DNA of 32,000 nucleotides. It comes from Formosa sp. Hel1_33_131. Lineage in GTDB: Bacteria > Bacteroidota > Bacteroidia > Flavobacteriales > Flavobacteriaceae. The stretch lies in contig NZ_CP017260.1 of assembly GCF_001735745.1 (NCBI RefSeq), positions 450,001 to 482,000 on the forward strand. Direction: 5' to 3'. How positions within the stretch are numbered: position 1 is the stretch's first letter; the number at the start of each line of letters is the position of its first letter. The position numbers were made by a program, and so were the translations under genes. Below are positions 23,298-30,244 of this stretch, in pieces. The notes below the pieces were generated by a model. The model saw nothing but the letters and a program-made list of their open reading frames with translations, searched no databases and was not told the DNA's origin.

Positions 23298-23313
23298 ACT
23301 GTATTTATACAGT
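23298..23313. promoter_or_regulatory. 16-nt perfect palindrome ACTGTATttATACAGT (candidate operator)
   Basis: 7+7 perfect inverted repeat with a 2-nt centre, 38 nt downstream of the C1 core. Confidence 0.3.
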
Positions 23314-23449
23314 GGTGTATGGGTATGCGGAGTTTTTAAAAATTGATTGAGCAACGAAGTATACATACTAATGAATTATAAACTTTAGTTTTTAGTGTTA
23401 AAAATGAATGAAATGAAAAAACATTTAAATACGTTTTATAAAACAGAAA

Positions 23450-23488
23450 GTTCAACAATACACGCCAATTTGGGATGTATTGTTGAAC
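23450..23488. repeat. 39-nt near-perfect palindrome / 13-bp hairpin
   Basis: GTTCAACAATACA / TGTATTGTTGAAC arms with a 13-nt loop that is itself partly palindromic (CCAAtTTGG). Confidence 0.8.
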
Positions 23489-23511
23489 GAAACACTAAAT
23501 ATAATGGAAAT

Positions 23512-23549
23512 ATGCACACCTAAAGGTGTGTATATACACTAGTTCTACG
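23512..23549 (+). repeat. Hairpin + TATACacTAG-GTTCTACG boundary element (X0)
   Basis: ATGCACACC taaa GGTGTGTAT forms a 9-bp stem. GTTCTACG (23542-23549) is the exact reverse complement of 24698-24705. Confidence 0.55.
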
Positions 23550-23568
23550 TCATTAAAAAAATCAAAGA

Positions 23569-24666
23569 ATGAAAAAAATATTAAAAACAATAAAATATTC
23601 GATTATAACCATCGTGGTAATAGTTTTAGTATTTATCGCAATTGTTTTTATAAAAAGCCCTGGAGTAGCTGACATTGTTAGAAATAATGATGGAAATATT
23701 CCTAAAAATGCTATTTCTACTATAGTAACAATTCCTGTTGGCGAAATACAGCAGACTATTATTATTAGAGGAGAAGATAATACTAAACCTGTTTTGTTAT
23801 TCTTACATGGAGGTCCGGGGACACCTGAATTTCCATTTATGAAAAATATAGGATTAAATTTAGAGCAAGAATTTGTAGTAGCGTATTGGGAACAACGAGG
23901 AGCGGGAAAATCTTATTTTAAAGATATACCTGTAGAAAGTATGTCATTACCACAAATGATATCTGATGCTGTTGAAGTCTCAGAATATTTACAAATCCAA
24001 TTTAAGCAAAATAAAATTTATTTGATGGGGCATTCTTGGGGCTCTTTTTTAGGTACTATGTTAGCTTATCAGCACCCTAATCATTTTCACTCTTACATTG
24101 GCATTGGGCAAGTTTCTCACCAATATTATGGAGAAAAAATCTCTTTGAATTGGATTAAAAAAATGGCTAAAAACCTTAAAAATAAATCAGATGTTGAGAT
24201 TATAAATACACTAGTATTTCCTGACTCTTTGGCGGACAACCAAACATGGATGGACTATTTGATACCTCAAAGAGATTTTGTCAATAAATATGGTGGTGGT
24301 TTTAGCCACAAAAACTATAATTTGACAAATCTTTATAAAACCATTCTCTTTGATAGTCCTGAATATACTTTTCGAAATAAAATAAATTATTTAGAGGGAG
24401 CTCTATTTTCACCTATGCATCTTTGGGATGATGTTATTCAAACAAATTTAATACAAGAAGTTGATAGTATCTCTATTCCAGTTCATATCATTCAAGGTAT
24501 TCATGACTATCAGACACCTCTGAAACCTGCTAAAGATTTTTTTACTCAATTAAAAGCACCAGAGAAAAATTTTTATCAGTTCGATCATTCAGCTCATTTT
24601 CCATTTATAGACGAACCCAATAAATTTAACAAAATAATAGAAAAAATAGTCTTAGGTGAAAATTGA
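23569..24666 (+). CDS. Membrane-anchored alpha/beta hydrolase (proline iminopeptidase-like, S33-type)
   Basis: N-terminal TM helix, oxyanion HGGPG, nucleophile elbow GHSWGS, and a C-terminal His region (DHSAHFPF). Confidence 0.85.
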   Translation: MKKILKTIKYSIITIVVIVLVFIAIVFIKSPGVADIVRNNDGNIPKNAISTIVTIPVGEIQQTIIIRGEDNTKPVLLFLHGGPGTPEFPFMKNIGLNLEQEFVVAYWEQRGAGKSYFKDIPVESMSLPQMISDAVEVSEYLQIQFKQNKIYLMGHSWGSFLGTMLAYQHPNHFHSYIGIGQVSHQYYGEKISLNWIKKMAKNLKNKSDVEIINTLVFPDSLADNQTWMDYLIPQRDFVNKYGGGFSHKNYNLTNLYKTILFDSPEYTFRNKINYLEGALFSPMHLWDDVIQTNLIQEVDSISIPVHIIQGIHDYQTPLKPAKDFFTQLKAPEKNFYQFDHSAHFPFIDEPNKFNKIIEKIVLGEN

Positions 24667-24697
24667 GAAAAAAGAAATAAAAATGAATTTAAAACGC

Positions 24698-24830
24698 CGT
24701 AGAACAAGGTATAAAAATAATAGCGGTTTAATCACTAAAACAAAAGTAATGAAACATAAAAAAGGTCTGTGTTTAACCGAAAAGTTAGTGCGTGTAAATC
24801 CGCTACTATTCTTATACTAGACCGTTAGCA
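24698..24830 (+). repeat. Imperfect inverted-repeat element X-A (attC-like architecture)
   Basis: CGTAGAAC, then arm GTATAAAAATAATAGCGGTTTA (24709-24730), a 64-nt spacer, arm TAAATCCGCTACTATTCTTATACT (24795-24818), then TAGACC-GTTAGCA (24824-24830). Confidence 0.65.
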
Positions 24831-24861
24831 AACTTATAGAATAAATTAAAAATCACTTCCT

Positions 24862-25548
24862 ATGAAAAATATATTATTATTTATATTGTTACTTTCCTCT
24901 CATATTGTTATTAGTCAGAACCTCATAGAGTTCAGAACAGCATCACTCGTAGATGGTGATTACTCACTCGAGGGAGACGTGTATCTGGAACTGTTTGACG
25001 ATAATTCCCTCAACCTCAGATTTGATACAAATTATTTGACTCAGAGTAACGTATTTGATGTTCATGTGTTTCTAACTAATAATAATGACTATACACAACC
25101 TATTGACACATCTGGGATGTTACTAGTGGAAAACATAGGAACCATTAGTGGCCTAAATTACTCATCAGGCGCTATGACATTTAACTTACCTTCAGGTGTA
25201 GGCATCAATGATTATGACCATATTGTCTTTGTTTGCATCCAATTCGGCCAGTTGCATTGGGGAGATGGAACCTTTGGCTCAACATCTCTAGGTATTATCA
25301 AAAACGATTTTGGAAGCAAACTTTTAGCACACCCTAATCCAACTGATGGTAATTTCTCGATTGACTTGGGAGCTGTTTATGAATCTGTAGAAATTATTCT
25401 TTCTGATATTAATGGCAAGTTAATTCGTTCAGAGTCATTTCGTCAAGAGCAACTTGTTAATATACCATTAAAAGAACCGTCTGGCATATATTTAATAACA
25501 GTTCAAGCAGATAATAGAAAGGCATCAATAAAATTGATAAAAGAATAA
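24862..25548 (+). CDS. Secreted DM13-like domain protein with T9SS C-terminal sorting domain
   Basis: Signal peptide. DM13-like segment (GDVYLELFDDNSLNLRF...FDVHVFL). C-terminal Por secretion tail pattern (HPNPTDGNFSIDL...SGIYLITVQADNRKASIKLIKE). Confidence 0.65.
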   Translation: MKNILLFILLLSSHIVISQNLIEFRTASLVDGDYSLEGDVYLELFDDNSLNLRFDTNYLTQSNVFDVHVFLTNNNDYTQPIDTSGMLLVENIGTISGLNYSSGAMTFNLPSGVGINDYDHIVFVCIQFGQLHWGDGTFGSTSLGIIKNDFGSKLLAHPNPTDGNFSIDLGAVYESVEIILSDINGKLIRSESFRQEQLVNIPLKEPSGIYLITVQADNRKASIKLIKE

Positions 25549-25554
25549 ACGATT

Positions 25555-25607
25555 TGCCAACAATGTATAAGCGGCATTAAAACGACCGCTTATACTAACC
25601 GTCAAAC
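25555..25607 (+). repeat. Inverted-repeat element X-B (short homologue of X-A)
   Basis: TGCCAAC-aat-GTATAAGCGG (25565-25574), 11-nt loop, CCGCTTATAC (25586-25595), then TAACCGTCAAAC. It aligns with X-A apart from internal deletions. Confidence 0.65.
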
Positions 25608-25684
25608 TACGCAAAATCTAAAGGTATTCCATGACTTAAACAAATAGAACTTTATAATTTTAAATCTAGAATACGCAGCAAGAC

Positions 25685-25732
25685 TTTAAAGGCATCCGCA
25701 CCATTAAGTAGAGTCTCTTTGGTCAGAAATAA
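25685..25732 (+). pseudogene. Decayed duplicate of the last 16 codons of the 22976-23209 gene
   Basis: Reads FKGIRTIK*SLFGQK*, compared with FKGIRTIMDSLFGRK* at 23162-23209. There is no upstream ORF. Confidence 0.7.
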
Positions 25733-25796
25733 TTTTTTTATTATCTTTACAATAGACTTAGACCTCAAATCTGATTCTTCAAAAAACCAATTCAAC
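25685..25796 (+). repeat. Repeat module copy C2
   Basis: Collinear with C1. TTTG (25718-25721), TATCTTTA (25742-25749), identical 27-mer at 25755-25781, and AACCAATTCAAC at the end. Confidence 0.85.
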
Positions 25797-25916
25797 CAAA
25801 AGTATTTTAAGATTATTATGCTATTTAGACGCCTCTAAATGGGCTTGTTCGGAAATAATCCTATTTAAGCAGGGTGTGATTTGTAGTCGTTAGCATTCAT
25901 ATTAAAAAATAGAACT

Positions 25917-26486
25917 ATGAAATACAATTCTTCTGAAATGATGTGTTTAGACATTTATCTTTCTTCTTTGTCAGATAAAGAACATGACAAAATAAAACAT
26001 CAAATTAAATCGTCTAAAGCTAAAATATCCCCGTTATCAAGTTGGGATATCTATAGGCCAAATTATTTTAAAACACTTGACAAGCAGAGAAAAAAAAGAG
26101 ATCTTAAGGTTGTAAATTCATTCTTTAAAAAAGAAAAATGGAGTAATGATTTTCAGAGTGTTTTTAAAAATCAAGAGTTTGAAGCACTCGTAATTACCGA
26201 TTTAAACCAAAGAATTATTTGGGTTAATGAAGGATTTACTAAAATGACAGGCTATTCAAAAGATTTTGCCATAAACAAAACACCCCATTTTTTACAGGGA
26301 GAAAACACCTGCTCATCTGTTAAGAAAAAAATTAGAACTAAATTAAAAAAATCACATCCATTTAAGGAGGTGATCACAAACTACAGAAAAGATAATTCAG
26401 TCTATAATTGCGAAGTGAGAATTATCCCTTTGTATTGTAATGAAAAGGTAACTCACTTTTTAGCTTTAGAAAAAGAAGTCATCTAA
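25917..26486 (+). CDS. Stand-alone PAS domain protein, LOV-like but lacking the adduct-forming Cys
   Basis: Residues ~90-189 align with LOV domains (VITD...GYS...NKTPHFLQG...NYRKD). The N-terminal ~90 aa are unassigned. Confidence 0.7.
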   Translation: MKYNSSEMMCLDIYLSSLSDKEHDKIKHQIKSSKAKISPLSSWDIYRPNYFKTLDKQRKKRDLKVVNSFFKKEKWSNDFQSVFKNQEFEALVITDLNQRIIWVNEGFTKMTGYSKDFAINKTPHFLQGENTCSSVKKKIRTKLKKSHPFKEVITNYRKDNSVYNCEVRIIPLYCNEKVTHFLALEKEVI

Positions 26487-26584
26487 ATAGATTAAATGAA
26501 ATTCTCCAAGCTGCGTACTCTATGGATTAAACCAATAAACCCTCGCTAGCAAAAGAACAAAAACTAACGAATAACAATTAAAAA

Positions 26585-26809
26585 ATGATAGTTTTAGCAA
26601 TGATGGAGACTTGGGAATTAATTATACTCTTATTTATTTTAGCGCTCGCTGTGTTACCAACTGTCTTAGCACTTATTGATATTCAAAAAAGTGAATTTCA
26701 GGGAAACACGAAACTAATTTGGCTGTTGGTGGTGATATTTTTGAGCTTTTTTGGAGCTATTTTGTATTTTTTAATTGGAAAGGAACAGAAAACAACTACA
26801 AACAACTAG
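26585..26809 (+). CDS. Small membrane protein with PLD-nuclease N-terminal (PLDc_N) domain
   Basis: 74 aa, two TM helices. KLIWLLVVIFLSFFGAILYFLIG is the PLDc_N signature. Confidence 0.65.
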   Translation: MIVLAMMETWELIILLFILALAVLPTVLALIDIQKSEFQGNTKLIWLLVVIFLSFFGAILYFLIGKEQKTTTNN

Positions 26810-26841
26810 ACGTATTAAATGCAATGTTCCTGAGGTTTTTA

Positions 26842-26937
26842 GCGTGAGGGATTGCAGTTGAAAAGCCCACGGTCATAGCGCGGCGTTAGCCTGTGTTGTG
26901 GCGAGGACTTGTAGCGGAAAGCCCGGCTTTGAACGCC
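26842..26937. repeat. GC-rich tandem degenerate repeat / structured element between convergent genes
   Basis: Two ~33-nt units, GCGTGAGGGATTGCAGTTGAAAAGCCCACGG and GTGGCGAGGACTTGTAGCGGAAAGCCCGGC. The second is enclosed by the stem GGCGTTAGCC / GGCTttgAACGCC. Confidence 0.6.
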
Positions 26938-26961
26938 CAAAAAAAGTTTTTTTATTTTTAT

Positions 26962-28224
26962 CTAAAAATATTGCCCAATACCAAACACAAATCCTCTGTT
27001 GGCATTTTTTGTGATGCCATAGCCATAGTCGATACGAAGGATGGCATTGAATATTTTTTTGTGAATGATCCGCACGCCTATACCTGTATAAACATTAATG
27101 TTTTCGCTGTCTCCAAAAGTGCTTAAACTGCCCCCTGGGTTTCGCCAAGTTCCTGCATCAATAAATCCATTGCCTTGCACAACGATGCTTTTCTTTTCCA
27201 AAAAAGTATGTCGGTACTCTGTATTAAAAACAATACTGCCTGTGCCTCTGTCAACAGCGTTTCCAACGCCTCTTAAATTTACGTTGTTATCCAAGGCAAA
27301 AGGTGCAAAAGGGCTGTCGTTATTTGTGGATAAGCCAAGGCGTAATCTGTTGGCCCAATTTCCTTTATCCCCAACTCTTTTGTAATACAAGAAGTCGTTC
27401 CAAGCGATTATAAAATTGTTTTGAGATTTGATTTCGGAGCTTACGAATTGTCCATTGAAAACACTTTTAAAACCACTGATGTAGAAATAAAAATAATTTA
27501 GATTTTCGTGTGTATAAATAAGTTTAAACAATCGCTTATTCACATCCAATTGGCTGGGAACTCCAGACTCTATATCCCCCGTTTTATGATCGTATTTTTC
27601 ATTAAAAACAGAGAATCCAACTTTTAAAGTATTTTTGAAATTTAGCTCATAGGATCCCAATAACTCATAGGAGGTGTTGTGGTAAAGGTAATTGGCCGTG
27701 TTTTCTCCAAAATGAAGCGGTTCTTCGCTTTTCCAATTTAGGTAGTTGAGCCCCAAACCAAACTTATTTGAAAACAAATAAGGGGCATTAAAATTTAAGG
27801 AAAAGGTGTTATAGCCATTATTTTGATAAAAGCCACCCATGGTTATATTTCTGCCAAATAAATTATATTCGGAGATACCAATTTTATAAGCGACTGTCCT
27901 AATTGTTGTCCAATAATTAAAAACGGGTATCAAGGTGAAGTTTTCTTCTAAATTAAACTGAACCTTGAGGTGATTATCGGGAAGTTGGACGACTTCATAA
28001 GTAGCATTAGAAATGGAGGGCAATCGTTTTAACCTAATAAGATCTTTTTCTATGAGGGTAGAATCTAGTGGGTGTCCTTTTTTGGTTTCTAAAATAGTTC
28101 TTAAAAACGATGCTTTTGTTTTTTTGAGGCCTTTAAAATCGAGTTCATTAATGAGTTCCGTTTGTGCGCACACGGAGGTACTGACTACAATAAAAAAAGT
28201 AAAAAGAGATGCTATGGATTTCAT
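26962..28224 (-). CDS. POTRA-domain outer-membrane beta-barrel protein (BamA/TamA/ShlB superfamily)
   Basis: Signal peptide, one POTRA-like N-domain (INELDFKGLKKTKASFL...), barrel with a C-terminal GIGQYF. Confidence 0.75.
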   Translation of the reverse strand: MKSIASLFTFFIVVSTSVCAQTELINELDFKGLKKTKASFLRTILETKKGHPLDSTLIEKDLIRLKRLPSISNATYEVVQLPDNHLKVQFNLEENFTLIPVFNYWTTIRTVAYKIGISEYNLFGRNITMGGFYQNNGYNTFSLNFNAPYLFSNKFGLGLNYLNWKSEEPLHFGENTANYLYHNTSYELLGSYELNFKNTLKVGFSVFNEKYDHKTGDIESGVPSQLDVNKRLFKLIYTHENLNYFYFYISGFKSVFNGQFVSSEIKSQNNFIIAWNDFLYYKRVGDKGNWANRLRLGLSTNNDSPFAPFALDNNVNLRGVGNAVDRGTGSIVFNTEYRHTFLEKKSIVVQGNGFIDAGTWRNPGGSLSTFGDSENINVYTGIGVRIIHKKIFNAILRIDYGYGITKNANRGFVFGIGQYF

Positions 28225-28242
28225 ACGTCCTTGATTATAAAT

Positions 28243-29115
28243 TTAAAATAGGGTTCTTAAGCCGATATTAAATGTTTGACCCAATCCGGTGTTATTTCCT
28301 CTCACAAAATTGGTGTATAAAAACTCAATATTCAACACCTTTGTGAGTTGATATTTTGTTCCAAAACCAAGCACTGAATAGTCTTGTGCTAAACTTTCTC
28401 CAAGATCGAGCCTTTGGGAATGTTGCGCCATCACTAAAACAGTAAATTTTTGACTTGGAAAATAACTAAAAAAGACACTTGGTGTTAAAACCAAACTCGT
28501 ATTTGCAAAGCTCTCTTTCTTATCCCCAAAATTATATTCTGTATTTATTTCAGCAAATAATTGTAGTTCATCTCCTGCAAAGGTGTAATCATACAAAAAT
28601 CGGTTTTGGAGGGTATATCCTTTTTGATCTAAATAAACGTTGTTTTCTGATTCCTCTTTTACCAATGGAATATGGAAGGCTGTCAACAATGTTAAATTAC
28701 TAATTTTATTAAAGGGTTTGAATTTTATGGCAGGTGCAAATGAGGTAAATCCAGAACGCGTCCCATTGGTTGAATTATTCTCAAATTTAAAAACATCAAA
28801 GGTATCTAGGCCATTGACCGCATTTGAACGTATTTCTAATAAAAGTCCAACGTCTAAATTGTTGTTTTTAGAGATGCCAGTAAAAATATCTATGGTGGAT
28901 GTAAAATAAGTTTCTCTTGGCTGTGAACCAGGTTTTTCAGAGTTTTTTGTTTGGGTATAAATATTATTAAACCATTTAATATCCCATTGCCCTTTATTCA
29001 ATAGTTTTGAGGGGGTATAAGTGATGATGTTACTCTGTTCATTATCGTTATCTTCTTGTGAAGCGATTGAGAATGTCAGCATTAAAAATAGTACTGTGGT
29101 GATTTTAAGTTTCAT
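28243..29115 (-). CDS. Outer-membrane beta-barrel protein, family unassigned
   Basis: Signal peptide, alternating amphipathic strands, and a C-terminal OMP signature (GLRTLF). Confidence 0.5.
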   Translation of the reverse strand: MKLKITTVLFLMLTFSIASQEDNDNEQSNIITYTPSKLLNKGQWDIKWFNNIYTQTKNSEKPGSQPRETYFTSTIDIFTGISKNNNLDVGLLLEIRSNAVNGLDTFDVFKFENNSTNGTRSGFTSFAPAIKFKPFNKISNLTLLTAFHIPLVKEESENNVYLDQKGYTLQNRFLYDYTFAGDELQLFAEINTEYNFGDKKESFANTSLVLTPSVFFSYFPSQKFTVLVMAQHSQRLDLGESLAQDYSVLGFGTKYQLTKVLNIEFLYTNFVRGNNTGLGQTFNIGLRTLF

Positions 29116-29145
29116 AAGTAGGGTGTTTAAGGCGTGTGTTTAATG

Positions 29146-29862
29146 TTAGGGTTGACTGTTTAAAGTCCAGTTGTACGTGAAGTACCGTAATTTAAAATTT
29201 GGGGGTATTTTCTCTTTTCTGTAGAGGTTTAAAAAATCAATTTCAGATTGACCTTTTATTACAAAATCTTCTTTATACCATTTTAGGATCTCGGAGGCTT
29301 CGACACGCTTTTTTTTGATATTGACTTTTATAAATGAATCGCCATTAATGGCCAATTCGGTTTGTTCTTTTAACTGTTTGTCTAAGGTTTCTGGGAAATA
29401 CGCTTTAGGGATTAAAGGCGGACATCCTATGGCACCACAAACCAATACAAAGTGCAAGCGCGGATCCTTAAATTGAGCTCTTAACAGGGTGTTTTCAATG
29501 GAGTTTAACGTGACTTTTTGACCTGCAATCTCATAGGTAATTTTATCAAAAAAACCACCTTTATCTAAAGGAGAATTCATAGGGTAATTGGTTATGATTC
29601 CTTTGATAACCGCTAAATTATAGGCATTAATCCAAAATGCTTTATAGTGATCCTCTTCTTTAGAAATAGAAAGCGTTGCTGCTATATTGAAGAGTTCATC
29701 TAACGCGGATGGGTTGGAATGGATTTTTTCATACGCTACTGTTCCGTTCTGAACGTAGGTTTTTAAAAACTGATCGGTTTTTGTGAAAAATGAAGAGACA
29801 TCTTGTGCATATAAAGAATAGGCTAAGAGTGTCAGTAGAAAAATAAGGGGATATTTTTTCAT
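29146..29862 (-). CDS. DUF547 domain protein (secreted)
   Basis: Signal peptide. AFWINAYNLAVIKGI and the HFVLVCGAIGCPPL motifs are typical of DUF547. Confidence 0.8.
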   Translation of the reverse strand: MKKYPLIFLLTLLAYSLYAQDVSSFFTKTDQFLKTYVQNGTVAYEKIHSNPSALDELFNIAATLSISKEEDHYKAFWINAYNLAVIKGIITNYPMNSPLDKGGFFDKITYEIAGQKVTLNSIENTLLRAQFKDPRLHFVLVCGAIGCPPLIPKAYFPETLDKQLKEQTELAINGDSFIKVNIKKKRVEASEILKWYKEDFVIKGQSEIDFLNLYRKEKIPPNFKLRYFTYNWTLNSQP

Positions 29863-30040
29863 GATTTTATTGAGATTGGAGGATTATATAATATCAAAAT
29901 TTTCAGTTAAAGTATAAAATTAATTCGAGAAATCAAACGATATTCATAACATTCAGTCTGGTACTCGTTTGGGAGTCCCCTATAAATTAGTATCAAATAG
30001 GGTGCCATATTGACTCAACCTAAGCTTAATATAATTTTAA

Positions 30041-30128
30041 TTTTTTGGTCGTATTCATTTTTTGACTACTTTTATGGCGGAATAAGACCTCAAATCTGAT
30101 TCTTCAATAACCTATATAAACTAGTAAG
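30041..30128 (+). repeat. Repeat module copy C3 (most diverged)
   Basis: TTTG (30044-30047), TACTTTTA (30067-30074), exact 22-mer at 30085-30106, then AACC...AAC-TAGTAAG as in C1. Confidence 0.7.
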
Positions 30129-30244
30129 TGTTTTATTAGATTGTTCGCGCCTAAGAGGCCTGTAAATAGAGAGGGGCTTTAATAGATTTTGTTTGAAGCA
30201 ATTGAAACAGGTTTAAACAAATAAACGATGGACAATGTTAAACA

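Noticed and set aside
23298-23313. ACTGTATTTATACAGT as a LexA/SOS box.
   Set aside because: Its spacing is CTGT-N6-ACAG, whereas the E. coli-type box is CTGT-N8-ACAG. I know of no established Bacteroidota LexA motif that matches it. It is kept only as a generic palindromic operator candidate.
24683-24820. 45-codon ORF (MNLKRRRTRYKNNSGLITKTKVMKHKKGLCLTEKLVRVNPLLFLY).
   Set aside because: It coincides exactly with the inverted-repeat element X-A and is extremely basic and low-complexity. It is more likely a by-product of the repeat than a gene.
26893-27126. Track ORF of 77 aa (MLWRGLVAESPALNAQKK...).
   Set aside because: It is translated through the GC-rich repeat and then antisense into the 3' end of the POTRA OMP gene. 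It has no coding signature.
27325-27333. Perfect DnaA box TGTGGATAA.
   Set aside because: It is a single isolated 9-mer inside the POTRA OMP coding region. About 0.2 occurrences are expected by chance in 32 kb on both strands.
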